A stretch of DNA of 33,381 nt from Catajapyx aquilonaris (Eukaryota), in the NCBI GenBank assembly GCA_000934665.2, contig JYFJ02004279.1:1-33381 (forward strand). The letters are read 5' to 3'. Shown in pieces: positions 1-11,565 of this stretch. Both the position numbers and the translations under genes were made by a program. Under the pieces are notes generated by a model. It was not told where the DNA came from and made no database searches. It was given only the letters and a program-made list of their open reading frames with translations. The first letter of the stretch is position 1. Each line of letters begins with the position of its first letter.

Positions 1-619
1 ATGAGTTGTACTCAAAGTCTACGTGTTTCATTTGCCCACAAATATTTTTTCTGCAAAGAAAAAAATTCGCGAAAACTGCTAAAATGTCGTAAAACAGCGT
101 TTTTGCCAATTTTTTGCGCGGTTGCTAATTATACATTCGCAATTATTTTATATCGAAAATTCAGACCTAGGTAGGCAGTTGCTCCATTACAAATTTGGTT
201 TCTCTGTAACGAACAGGAAAATTGGTACAGGCGTCCAAAGTTGAGAAAAAATGAACTTGGAGAAATAGCAGATTTGGTACCCCTGCGGTTATGATTTTTT
301 TCAGGGCAAATAAAAAATGACACTGAAAAATAGCCAGTGTCATTCGTCATCATTTCGACAGTGGTACTTCGTGTAATTTTTCCGTAATAATCGGAGACCA
401 AGCCCTGACAACTTTTCTGGATCTGGCCTGATTTGAAATGGAACCACCCTTCTTCTTCGAAGGTATGCTGTAAATTGTGTCATGTATGTCTTATCAAGGT
501 TGAAGCATTTTTTGACAGAACAATTTCTACCCCTGTTCCTTAATATTTTAAAGACTTGGGCAACGTTTGTTGCCAGATCATGAGCGTACAAGGTGATAGA
601 ACGTGTCGCTTGCGGCTGG

Positions 620-835
620 CTCGGGCCAGTGAATATACGGTGTTTGCAAAAATGAGGCTACAAGTTGTAGTTGAAATCTGAAATAATACTGCAATACGTG
701 CAAATGAAAGTGATGTTTTCGATGTGATCATGACAAGGACAATTCTATGTTCTGTGCTCAATGCCCTACTAGTGTTGCTGGACAGTGTCGACAATCTCCG
801 CAAGCTCTGCCAACAACTAACAACAATTAATTCTT
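620..835 (-). mobile_element. ISL2EU/IS5-like transposase helix-turn-helix fragment
   Basis: LSTEHRIVLVMITSKTSLSFARIAVLFQISTTTCSLIF resembles the HTH_Tnp_4 pattern (LxxxxKxxLSFxxLAxLFxISxxTxSxIF). Confidence 0.55.
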
Positions 836-1094
836 GCCATCCCCGCCTGGTTGTCCATTCCCCTTTCTCTGGCTTCTTCTTGTTGTGCATATCGTCTCGG
901 TCTATCCTGAGTGTACCCTTGATCGTCTCTCGTCCCTGTGCACCTTGGTTGTGTGTACCCCTGTCACCTGTTTCTTTTTGTTGTGCATGTCGTCCCTGGG
1001 TTATCAGGTTGTTCCGTTGGCTGTCTCTTCTCTGTGCCCCTTGGTTGTATCGTTGGTCGTTTGTCCCATTCTTCTTTCTTGTTTCCGAAAACCC

Positions 1095-1650
1095 ATTGAC
1101 GGTGAATGCTTAGCGTGGCTAACCCATTCAACATCTTCAGCCATAGTGCTTCTTAGACATGTTTTAATTCGGCGAAGCGAGCTAAATGAACGCTTTATAG
1201 TGCTTGTTGTGCAGGGCTGTGAAAGCAATATCATAAGCGCTTTTCTAATGGTCGGGAAAAACAATTCGCTCTTTTTTTTAAACCTCAATGATGTCTGGCG
1301 CTTCCTGTACCCCATTCCACATTTTGAACCACAATTCCCTTTCTCCTTCGATGTCTTCCAAATTGTAAAAAGTTGCACAAGATGAAGTACTTTCATTCCA
1401 TTCTGCCAATGAAACATTTCTCATCTTACTCGGATGGAAATGTGTTAATCAAAATGCAGGCGATTTGTCTGCCGAAAATCTGACCCCTAAAGATATGATG
1501 GAATCCGAGTAAGGAATTATTAGAGACCTTCGCCAAAATTCGGGTGGATTTTCGACTGGAGGGTTGCTTCTATCCTTTTGTCGGCCAGCAACGCGATTGG
1601 CGGTTATATCAACATTCAAATTCCCTGCTACAAACAGTTTGAAACACTCA
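1095..1650 (-). mobile_element. hAT transposase C-terminal fragment including the dimerisation domain, frameshifted
   Basis: Manual minus-strand translation: RVAGRQKDRSNPPVENPPEFWRRSLIIPY...FFPTIRKALMILLSQPCTTSTIKRSFSSLRRIKTCLRSTM...LNGLATLSIHR. Confidence 0.85.
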
Positions 1651-2084
1651 AGGAGGAAAGGTCATTAAGATGTAGCTGCTTCATCGGAAGATTTTATAAT
1701 CACCAGACGGCCTTGCCTTTAAAATAGGTGCTGACGACATCACTTCAAAATGCAACCCCTCAATCCGCGCAGGATGCCGTCTTCGAAGGATAGGAAATTC
1801 ATAATCCACACAAGCTTCTTCTTCGGACATCACTACACCCTTTCCTCCTCCACCACCTCCTCCTACCGACACATGCATCTGTTGCTCAACCGTGTTTACA
1901 ATATCCGTGCCAACTCTATGAATCGGCAGATGACAAAATCTACATCCACCCTCGATGCACATATTATCACCCAGGAAAGGTCTCTTGTCAGTATTGAAGG
2001 CTATTAAGACTCGTTAAGATCAGAAGAATCTAGTGGAAACAAGTTCCTTTAAAAATGGCACCCTATTTCCAATTCGGGTCACTT

Positions 2085-2284
2085 ACCTTCTCAAAGGCGG
2101 CCAACTGCTGGGCCGCCATCTCCCCATACTGCCTCTGATAGTGTGGGGAGTCCTCCCATAGTCTTCCCAAAGCGTAATTGACTTCATTCACCGTGAAGCT
2201 AGGGTTAGCAGACTCAATCTGTTGTCTATGAGCATTGGCAAACAACGTAAATGCTGCCATTGGCCTGGATTGCTTCTTCTTCAT
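2085..2284 (-). pseudogene. HMG-box domain exon fragment
   Basis: SRPMAAFTLFANAHRQQIESANPSFTVNEVNYALGRLWED...QYGEMAAQ matches the HMG-box pattern RPMxAFxxF...NP...LGxxW. A GTAAGT donor follows at about 2085. Confidence 0.7.
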
Positions 2285-2712
2285 GGTCTGAGGAAGTTAT
2301 ATATGGTATTTAAATGATTGTGAGCTATGGGAATACAGCAATAAAGAAAATAGAGAAGACGTCCACCATCGTATAAAAAGCCAAACCTTTGCTCTGTATC
2401 ACAGGGTCAAATCTTAAACTTTTTGTCCACATGCAAAGTTTTCACTCTCTACACTTTCATCTGGAGTGCAAATTGCTTACTTGCAGTGCTTAATTTTTAA
2501 TTACTGGATTTAGCCTTTGCACTCCATGGCTCACTTTGGAGTGCAAATTAGACCATTTGCCGAATACTGTGACCCCTGGTATAAAGAACATTAGATGCAA
2601 AGGGATCTGAGGCAAGTCGATGAAAGGTTTCGCCCGACCACCATGCCTCCCTATTTCCTTCACTAATTGCACAATACAGGGTGGTAAACTGCCCTTTCCT
2701 CAAGGCATGAAA

Positions 2713-2985
2713 TACAGGGTCATCGAAATAGAATGTCCCATTTAAAAATCCATATAACTCAAAAACTTGCAGACATATCTGAATGATTTAAGTTTTGAAA
2801 TACTAAGAAAGGTCAACAGTTTTGGTTTAAGGTTAGTTTTTTTCGATGTGAGCTTCATTTATACTGTAGCTAGGCAGATTAAAAAGCCTGTATTCGGCGT
2901 CGGGACAAACCCTATCAATCACATCTGGAGTCACCGTTGCAATCCTATCCCGTAGGTGCTGGATATCTCGGATACACCACAGACA
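2713..2985 (-). mobile_element. Tc1/mariner-superfamily 3' end (transposase C-terminus plus TIR)
   Basis: IRDIQHLRDRIATVTPDVIDRV...EYRL...AHIE C-terminal motif, and a TA+CAGGGTCATCGAAATAGAATGTCCC terminus at 2713. Confidence 0.6.
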
Positions 2986-3499
2986 TTGTTCTTGATGATT
3001 GAAATATATAAAAAAAAAAGTCGCCTCATCCATGAAATAAACCTGCAGTAGAAAATTTTTATTTGTTCAGCTTCCCAGTGTGAGAAGTCTCATATGAGAA
3101 ATTTCTCCATGCATAGCTCGTCCAGAATTAGGGGACCCCATCGAATTACGCACATAATATATTGCTGCGATCCATCGAAGTACGCACTGCATTACGCACC
3201 GCTTTCCACTGCAATATGTGCATCGAATTCCGCATCGGTTCCAGACTGTCACTTGTTTCTACTTTGGGGATGGCAGCCCTAAGGAAAATGCTACCTACTA
3301 GTCTACTTCCAAAGAATTATTTGCTGTTTACTCGTATTTTGCACGTGTAACCCTTAGTCAGAAATATATCACAGCTGTACATTTATGTGGCCCTTTTTAC
3401 TGCTACACCATCATCATGTTCTCAAAACCCGTCTGACACCGGGAATCTCGTAGCAGCTAGAACCCGCCTGCAATTATTGAGTATGCTCCTGATGGGATT

Positions 3500-3600
3500 G
3501 GTGCCTGGGAATGGCCGGATTAGTTTGGCTTGAGGGCAAATGCGGCAACTCCAACAAAGAAGTATGGCACACAGAATTTCTCCACATTAGAAATCACCAG
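3500..3600 (-). mobile_element. PIF/Harbinger transposase catalytic-core micro-fragment
   Basis: VPYFFVG(V)AAFALKP..LIRPFPG against the consensus PYxxVGDxAFPLxxxLMRPFPG. The catalytic Asp is mutated. Confidence 0.6.
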
Positions 3601-3659
3601 CCCATTTCATGTCATCCAGGAGTTTTAATTCCCCACTACGGCTCCTGGTTCCGACTGTC

Positions 3660-3712
3660 GTACACTTTGATACACTTATCCCACCGGGACAGTAGTTATT
3701 CCATGCCACTGC
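3660..3712 (-). mobile_element. mariner transposase C-terminal micro-fragment
   Basis: GME*LLSRWDKCIKVY against the consensus GIxKLxxRWDKCIxxxG. Only about 17 codons. Confidence 0.45.
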
Positions 3713-4318
3713 ACTTCTGTTCTCTACTGGTGGTCTCTGTCTGGCTACACGGGGTTGTTTGATGTCAGGTCATGCCTGCGCCTCCGGTGGAAATAGAATG
3801 TGGCCGAAATAGCGATTGTTGCACTCCAATCATGGTGAAGAAACTTTGACTCATGATCATGTTTTTTCACCAGGCTACACTTTTGGGTCTGGAGGTACTT
3901 TTACTTCCATGCCTGGGACTTCCCTAAGGTGAAATGCAAAGTACTGTATTTCATATGTTAACAGGATTAATAACATACAGTTAACAGGTAGTTCGATTAC
4001 TCACCATCGTACTCAACTCTGACATAAATGCATTTGGTAATCTGTTCTAGATCTCTTATGGTCAGAATGCCCTCCTAGACATACTATGTATGGAATATTT
4101 TTCTATGGATGTATCCTTTTTTTCCCCCTATTTGAGACAATGTGGTCGGAAACCAGATTTGCACTGGCATTTTCCTATGTGAAAATGTTAAAAAATACAT
4201 TAACAACCAATAATAGTTCGTCTCATATGCTTGATTTTGTTATATATTGTCATTGCATGTCATGTAATAAATCCAATCAAATCAACTAATCCAAACAGAT
4301 CACAAATTGAACATTTTT

Positions 4319-4981
4319 TTGGCGGTACCCAAGTAGAGATTGTGCGTGATATCAATGCTAGAAATCCGACAACATCAAAATACACAGTTAATTGGGTTAG
4401 GCAGATAAATATTGACCATATTTCGCTGACAATAATCTTCAGTTCTTCCACTACTGGCTCCATGAAGGAATTTAACGAGCTAGGCTCCTTACTCAGATAA
4501 GAAACCCCCCACTAGAATAATGTTTTTAAATAAAAATCTTTCTCGTCGTGGTAGATTCATTATGCTAATGAACATTATCCCCACCGAGTAAGCGTGCAGG
4601 TTTTTGAAAGGTAGGAACCAATCCACATTTAACATGAGTGCAAAATGGTTTCTTTCGCTAAGAAATGGTTCACCTTTGAATGACTGAAACTGCTTCCAGA
4701 TGCTGCCGTCATATATGTCAAACATATGGGTCCTCTTCAACATGCCTGTTGCGCCATTCTTCACACGTAGTCAGAAAACCTGGCGTTTTGCACAATATCG
4801 CCAAGAATTCAATAATTATCGTATATTGGGTAGCAGTATGTGTGTAACGGGTAAAAAGCTTTCTTCACATTTTTGCGGGAGGTTTCCTTGAACAATTTTG
4901 CTTTACATTCTTCCTTGTATTGTCTACCATCAATAAACGTCGAATTCCAGCAGAGTCGGGAGGGTTTTTCCCATGGAACAG
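4319..4981 (-). mobile_element. CACTA/EnSpm transposase (Transposase_21-like) fragment, copy 1
   Basis: FYPLHTYCY...EEWRNR..MFDIYDGSIWKQF...ALMLNVDWFLPFKN...SVGIMFISIMNLPRRERFLFKNIILVG. Near-identical to 14333-14988. Confidence 0.85.
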
Positions 4982-5065
4982 CCATCACCATGGACATCTT
5001 ACGACCAGCTTCACTTGGCCAATCCTGTTGGTTGCCTGGCGCAGGCCAAGATTTTCCACCTTACG
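4982..5065 (-). mobile_element. Possible MULE transposase micro-fragment
   Basis: RKVENLGLRQA...VKLVVR..MVMA resembles the MULE pattern RKxQxLGLxxxY...RxxMAL. Short match. Confidence 0.4.
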
Positions 5066-5802
5066 GGCGATGGCCTGAAGGGAACAAAAATTATTATTAA
5101 TATTCATAGGTATTTATTATTGTTAATAATAGTAATGCTATAATTAGGAACACCTGCTGTTCTCCTCATCATCTCCGCTGATTTTTAAAAAAATCTCAGA
5201 GCACAGGTCAAATGCTCGCAGATGGATTCCTTGCGGGAGCATGGTTTGGTCATGGGGAGAGGATGAAGGAGGGGGAGATTGTGAGGAAGGTTTACTTTGG
5301 TTGTGTATCCCAACAATGGTCCAGTCACCAACATATCAAGACCTCGGGAGGAGAACGATCAAGGGCCAACTCAGGTGGAACAGAGATATTGCAATTGCAA
5401 ATAATTTCGAAGGTTCATAAGATTCTACTGTAAATCTTACTTTCGGGGCCTCCCATAGTGACATAAATCACATGGCGCTTTCGAGTAGGGGAAACCCAAC
5501 AAGCCCTGCAGCCTGTGGGCCCCTGCAAAATCACAAAATGAAATTGCTGGTTGCTTTATGGGCAAAGAGAGTTCCTGTCGCATCTACAAAATTATTGGGC
5601 ACAATCACACAATCATATCATGCAATGCTTCAATATGGCATCAAGAGTAAGTAATAACATTATTACATGCAGTACTGCAAGACGTATTTAAGTTACATCA
5701 GAGCTGAAATTCTTCACTACAGCCAGCCATGAAGATTATGTATCAACGACTCATGCCTGTATATATGCATTCGTCCTGTCTCAGTAGCAAAGGTCACCTT
5801 AC

Positions 5803-6111
5803 CTGGCACTCTCTTCGTCGAAAATCGTTCTCAGCGACTTTTCTGGCTCAGTCTCGGCTCGCCTCTTACAAGAAGCGAGGAAAGCCCGCTTACTTGCCTC
5901 CGTTGGAACCGAATCGTGATTGTGGCCGGTTTGGCCCGCTGGCACGAAAGTGCCATCCAAAAGAAGGTGTGCCGCTCCTCCACAATCACGATTTATGCAC
6001 CTCAAGTAAGTTGTGCCATTCGTAAGGGACACCTTGTTCTTTCTGTAAAGGAACCCTTCAAAAACGTATTGGTGCGAACCACGTCGCAAACCTTCCTGTT
6101 CCATATCGAAG
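5803..6111 (-). mobile_element. FLYWCH zinc-finger exon, MULE-type transposase N-terminus
   Basis: YVFEGFLYRKNK...TYLRCINRDCGG...HNH...AFLASCKRRA...SLRTIFDEE, bounded by a TTTCAG acceptor (6112-6113) and a GTAAG donor (5802). Confidence 0.75.
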
Positions 6112-6204
6112 CTGAAAGAGAGGGAGCAGAAAATCAGATCAGTACGTGATAACCTGACACGGTGAAATAACGGTGAAAACCCGTTGCGTCATATGCATGC
6201 ATAT

Positions 6205-6606
6205 GACGCAAAGGCTATAGGCCCTTTTTCCTGCTCCAGTATGGCCACGATTCCTATGGGTGACGCATCGCTACTCACCGGCTCACTGGGGTCAAAATAG
6301 CTTAGGGTTGGTGCCTGGAGCACCCTTCCCTTCGCTGCCTCAAACACCTTCGTATGGGAGCCGGGAGGTGGTCCATTTCCACATCTCCTTTCTTCAAGAG
6401 CTGTAGAGCCTGCACCTCGTCTGCGAGATGTGGTATATACGTATCTCACCAGGTAGTTGATCATCCCCAGGAAGCACCGTAGAGACTCCGGAGTGTCCGG
6501 CGTGGCAAACTTTACTATGGCTTTCACCTTCGCTGGGTCTGGCGACATCCCTGTTGCATTGAAGACCTGAGCCAGCTGGAGTTTCTCCTTACGGAAGCGC
6601 AACCCA
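6205..6606 (-). mobile_element. Ty3/Gypsy pol fragment (RT thumb to RNase H) with internal deletions
   Basis: GMSPDPAKVKAI...LRCFLGMINY...FEAAK...APTLSYFDP...DASPIGIVAILEQ..PIAFAS. Confidence 0.9.
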
Positions 6607-7220
6607 TGGCTATTCTAGGCACCCGGGTTCTTCGAGCCCAGAACATTCGCAATCGTGGATATCCTAATACTGAAGCCATCATGCCAATGCCAAAGAAATG
6701 TTTGATTTCTTGTGCATGAGTGTTCATGGAAGAACCTTTGCTACTGTTTTTTACACCTCATATTGGTGTACATTGCCACTTCTTCAAAATACGCGTCGTC
6801 TCAGTAGCGCTGAAAGTATTCAACAGGCTTCTTGGGGGCATTCGGCATAGGACGTTGACCTCCTGATAGGCTGATTGGCACGGTTGGGTTGAAACTGTAA
6901 TAAAATAAAAAAAGTGTCAACAGAAATCTCAATTCTTCTATTATTCTCGCTTTTCTGTCAACTTACTCATTACCACGCCTCCATCGTCTTTTCTTCTGCA
7001 AAAGAGCAGTCACAGCTAGTGGTGTGTCATCTGAATCACTCCAGTCTGATGAATCATCCTGCTGGTCACGGTCTTGGCTATTGCCTACATCATCAGACTG
7101 ATCATGGGCTTCCAGGTCACTACTTTCTTCATCGCTTTATTCATCAATCTCCGAGTCATCGGGATTTAGTATGTCCCACAAATCAAGTTCGTCCCCACAG
7201 ACTTGATTCTATTCATCAGC
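6607..7220 (-). mobile_element. piggyBac transposase N-terminal fragment with retained intron (6895-6966)
   Basis: Acidic N-terminus (SDWSDSDDTPLA..RWRR) splices in frame via GTAAGT..TTACAG to PKKPVEYFQRY, followed by YTN and EIKHFFGIGMMASVLGYPRLRMFWARRTRVPRIA. Confidence 0.75.
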
Positions 7221-7319
7221 CTTAAGGCAGCACCGTCCTTCAGAAGCACTGGTACATACTGCATCGTGTGACCGTCCGTGATTCCACGTAACACACACGC
7301 CGCGTCGAACTGATGCCTG

Positions 7320-7500
7320 TATCCCCCCCTTTGTTGTAAACCAATATCCTAAGTATCTGTATTTGTTGACCACTTCTATCTCTTCCCCTTTCCTAAACCA
7401 TCCGTCCCTTTTGGACCTTTTTCCTCCATTCCTAAATACCATGATTTTCGTCTTTCCCGCATTCAGCTCTAAATCGGTTGAATAGGCGTGAAGCGCAATA
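7320..7500 (-). mobile_element. Non-LTR retrotransposon RT C-terminal fragment
   Basis: LELNAGKTKIMVFRNGGK...GEEIEVVNKYRYLGYWFT. Confidence 0.75.
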
Positions 7501-7574
7501 TGCTCATTGTCTTACCGTTTGTTTTTGAGAGAGATTATGCGCAGTACCTCATGTTGTTCATTTTATTCGGGATC

Positions 7575-7930
7575 GCTTGAGTTGGAACAACTTGCATTAC
7601 ATAGGCACATTATTGTGCAAAACTCAGCACCTCTAAGGCATACACAGAGGTTTCGCTTAGAGCAACCTGTTTTACAGTGGCAGACCGCAATTTTTGCGCA
7701 TGCTTTTGGGACAGGAGGAATAGGTGAGAATGGGGATATCCTTTATCGGAGTCCTTCCAACCACATGCCAGAGGGGATGGTAACGCAGGCTCAGCTAGAA
7801 GGGCATTTTCCCACACAGCGGTTTGCCAATGGCTGCGTTTGATGTGCTGATGGACTGCATCGGTGGTGGGTGGCAGAACCTCCGGTTTCTTTGCTTTGGT
7901 TGCTTTGAATAAAGCTGCGTGGATAACGGA
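7575..7930 (-). mobile_element. Academ (AcademX-type) transposase C-terminus with Cys-rich finger
   Basis: LPPTTDAVHQHIKRSHWQTAVWENAL...LPSPLACGW...CHCKTGCSKRNLCVCLRGAEFCTIMCLCNASCSN. Confidence 0.7.
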
Positions 7931-8434
7931 GCGAAAATCACCATGATCATCATTGGCAGGTGAAAAAGGTGGCCTGTCATCTTTCCCATGGACTGCACGA
8001 GCTGTTAGCGTGTGTCGGGTTAATGTTAATGCTACAATTATAATTTTTACTTAGCTAGCTAAGTTAAAAAGACTTGTGCAAGTATGGAATTTGTGCATTC
8101 ACAATTTTTTAATTGAAGGGTTTGGGGCAAAAACCAGATGAGTCCACTTTTGTTACTTTCGAGAAAACAAAGAAAAATCGAATTACCGGCTAATTTTTTT
8201 AAATGTTTCTAATAATTTTTTGTTGACCCCATGATGGATAAACAGCGTATGATGGCCAAACTCCCTCGATACGATAGAATGCTGAAGGTGGTCCAGCCAC
8301 TGGTGCGTCGGGGCCGATATTTCCCGCGCTTTCATGGAGTGGCATAGGAAAATGATGTTCCGAAAGGACTACTTTCAACTCCTGGGACATTTAGAAGCAT
8401 TTCTGTTGTATATATGGATGGCTTGATGTTCTGG

Positions 8435-10615
8435 CTACCATTTCCCACGTATTTCAACCCTAGGGGCATGAGCAATAAATTGTTGCCGGGGTCGCGAAAT
8501 CCTGTCCCAATACTTTATTTTATACACCAGCTTAGTCATTTCTACTTTAAACAGGTCCCTCTGCTTCACAGTCATCTGCCTCATAGTTTCTGCAAAAGAG
8601 ATGCAGAAATGTTCGCAATCGTCCAGATTGGACAGTTGTCTCATGACATCGACTTGTGTGAGAATATCATCTTCTATGATCTGAGGGTTGAATCTGTTAG
8701 ACTCTGTTGAATTTGCGAGTCGTCCATTGCCGGGTTCAGTGTTCTGGCTTTAAGGATGTCTCCCTTCTTCATCATACCAGCTTTCACCATCTCTTTCGTC
8801 CACGAAGTAAAAGCTAATAGGACTTCCCTCTTTGTCCCCTACGGTGGACAAAACATTGCCAGTTGTGCTGCAGAGAAAATGTTTTAATTAGAGCTTGTGC
8901 AAGAAGCTCAGCACCAGTCTACACTTCCTTCCCTCCACTTTAGTGTCCCCTCATCATGTCATAGCAGGCCCACTTGGTGCGGTACACCTCATCTGTGCCT
9001 GAACCCGATGGCGCTGACATTGCCATCTTTATTTTCCCCCTGGAATACCCATCGCGCAGGGTGTTGAACCTGGCCTTCACATCAGCGACTAGATTTTAGA
9101 AAAATGAAACAGCGTGATTAGGAATACATGACACTTTCCCATTAGTAAAAGACCTGCATCTGTACTTGTATGTTATCAATAAGTTTATGGAATTTTCTTT
9201 TTGGTTACAATTCAGTAAATCAATGGTTATCTGATGATTATAACATTGAGATACCTAATGATCTTTGAAGATGAAATAATTATCTCTATGGAACTATGCA
9301 TATTATAATTCATTTTAGTATGAGTACTATGGAACGGGGTTTACTTTGTCCAAAAAATCTGCTATACGCATATATAAACATGCGGATATTAATCCACGAC
9401 TGTGACAATTTCTTAAAGGCCAGTGGAAAGAAATTTTTTCCATGCAGGGCAATTCTGCTGTAACTGACGCAACCCGTGGGCATGATTCACGATGTATTGA
9501 TCATATTCAATATGAGAAGCTGAATTATCTTAATCTAATTTATCTAACATTGTACAGAGGAATTGGTTTTTTCTGCTACCACACCATCACTTCTCTACTA
9601 CACTGTAAACTGCAAAACATAAAGAGCATCACTGGTGAGTCTCTCATGGACCATCAATTTAATGGTCTTCTAATGCTCCTGTGATGCTTTTTGTTGCTAA
9701 AAAGCATCACAAGAGCATTAGGAGAGCCTTAGAAGAGCATTAAAAATTGATGTTCCATGAGAGACTCACCAGTGATGCTCTTTTAATGTTTTGCGGTTTA
9801 CAGTGTACACATGTGTAAACCGGAGAGAGAGCACATGACTAAAAGCATGGCACATTATCAGAATCACTGTAGCATGTGTAACAAGGATCCCTTCCAGGAA
9901 TGATTTTGCTCTGATAATATTTAGTGCCAATTGCTCCTAAGATGAAAGTGACAGCAATAACTGGGATGCCCAATAACTGTTGAGCTCATAATTCCCCGTA
10001 AAATTAAGTCAAGGTAATGGGCAAAACTTGGCACAAAACTCACCCGGGAGTCCGACCTCACGGGCCACTTCAGCCCAAAGTACTTGTGTGATGTTCCTGT
10101 CGCGGTGGTCCTTCATCGTCTTATCCCAGATTGCCGCCCTGTCTTGCACCGCGATGATCAGGGCTTCCTTCGAGGCCACCGTACTCTTCCGCGCCTCTGC
10201 CTTCGCCTTCCTCTGACTCATTTTGTACAGTAAGTTCCCGACACCAGCAAGGCGGCAACTCCAACTCAGTGGACTCACACAGAAAGATGGCTGCTGCCTG
10301 ACCGGCACAGGTGACACGTGACAGGTCTCCCCGGCCTCCCCAACCCCCAGCTCCCACCCTCCCAGTCCCCCATTGGCCACACACGGTCACGTGGTCTCCA
10401 AGCAGTTATTCGCTTTGTAAAATAAGCGCCCAAAATTCGCTTCTATCTGTCTCTGGCAGGCGAGCGCGATTTTGTGTTTAGACGCGCGAGTAACCAAAAT
10501 TCGCTCGCGTCTTGCGGGAATTCGCCGATACGTGAATTGCTTTTGTCGACGCGAATTCGCGGAAGGCTGTTTTTCGCTCGCTTTTGACGCTTTTCGCGTA
10601 TATGTGAATCCAGCT
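8435..10615 (-). mobile_element. Harbinger remnant: one TIR plus a three-exon MADF-BESS accessory pseudogene
   Basis: Terminus TAA|AGCTGGATTCACATA at 10615. Exon 1 at 10221-10044 (LIIAVQDRAAIWDKTMKDHRDRNITQVLWAEVA) splices in frame to exon 2 from 9088 (VADVKARFNTLRDGYSR...SGSG...KWACYDMM). Exon 3 ends in BESS-like DDCEHFCISFAETMRQMTVKQRDLFKVEMTKLV. Stops and a frameshift are present. Confidence 0.75.
9601..9805. mobile_element. Palindromic MITE with CACTG...CAGTG ends and TA flanks (CACTA/EnSpm-like), in the MADF intron
   Basis: TA|CACTGTAAAC...GTTTACAGTG|TA, with arms complementary over most of the 205 bp. Confidence 0.85.
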
Positions 10616-10616
10616 T

Positions 10617-11190
10617 TATGCTGCTCAAGTGTTTAGCAATAGTTTCAGTGCTGCCATGGGAGTCTTGGCTAAGTACAATGTGTTGCCAGGTCCCCAAGCG
10701 ACAAGTGACTTCATTTTGCAGATGGACAAGTATTGTTTATTTGTTTTCATGGTACTTACAGCGATAAAAAAGAACTCCGGAGGCATGGCGAGATGGGGGT
10801 AAAAGTGCCCAGTTTCTTATGTCAATGTGCAATCAAATGAAGAAATAATGGAAGTTTAGGACTAAGGGCCGGTTTCACCGAGCTCAGTATATGATAAAAC
10901 CAGGGTATTTCTCAAAATCCCTATCTATTTGTATGGATTTTCCTAAAGAAACCTGGTTTTATCATATACCAAGCTCGGTGAAACCGGCCCTAAGTCACAC
11001 ATTCCTTGTGTTGGAGGGTTACGGCTGACCATTCAGGCAGTTATCATGCTTTGGGATGATCTAAGACCATGAAATGTCATTTCTATGTACAAGAAACTTG
11101 AACCAGGATTGCCTTAAAAACCTCTGCCAAAATTCGTGGCAGAGGAGGTTTGGAGAGTATCATTGCTCATTAGAGAAGGTCGCTGCTGCA
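10617..11190 (+). mobile_element. P-element/THAP9-like transposase, inverted C-terminal catalytic segment, interrupted by a MITE
   Basis: YAAQVFSNSFSAAM...ATSDFILQMDK...IPCVGGLRLTIQAVIMLWDDL...FLCTRNLNQDCLKNL..KIRGRGG read on the plus strand. Confidence 0.8.
10866..10990. mobile_element. Tourist-like (PIF/Harbinger) MITE, 125 bp, TAA TSD
   Basis: TAA|GGGCCGGTTTCACCGAGCT...AGCTCGGTGAAACCGGCCC|TAA. Confidence 0.9.
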
Positions 11191-11193
11191 TGT

Positions 11194-11256
11194 CGATGAT
11201 GTGATATCTTGGAAGCACATATAATTATTATGTGCTTCCAAGATATCACATCATCG
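11194..11256. repeat. Perfect 28-bp inverted repeat with 7-nt loop at an inversion breakpoint
   Basis: CGATGATGTGATATCTTGGAAGCACATA (11194-11221) and its exact reverse complement (11229-11256). Confidence 0.95.
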
Positions 11257-11565
11257 TTTACAACAGGTCATATTTCTTCAGGTTATTTCGAATTGACTTG
11301 AGTAGGTGAGGAGGATCAAACATTAAAAAAAAACCTTTTGACCAGCAATGTATACATACGGTTTTTCATGGGTCACTCCCATCCTGGAAAACATGCACCT
11401 GTTACTAGGCCCCTGGTCACAGATTACCACTTCCACAATTATACCAATTTCAAATAGTTTCTCTATGCATTCTTCTACAATGCTCATTAACTCTAAACTT
11501 GTGGCGCCATCCTGTACGCCGAAACAGCATAATGGTTGTTACCATCTGCCACAAATCGGCCATGA
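11222..11565 (-). mobile_element. P-element/THAP9-like transposase, N-terminal RNase H segment
   Basis: ICGRW*QPL...CIEKLFEIGIIVEVVICDQGPSNR...EKPY...MFDPPHLLKSIRNNLKKYD...ISWKHI. Confidence 0.85.

Noticed and set aside
1..408. Non-autonomous DNA transposon end (CAGGGCTTGG... on minus)
   Set aside because: It is plausible, but the partner terminus and TSD would lie outside the window, so it cannot be supported.
2400..2580. hAT-like MITE with CAGGG ends
   Set aside because: The ends match only over a few bases and there is no convincing 8-bp TSD.
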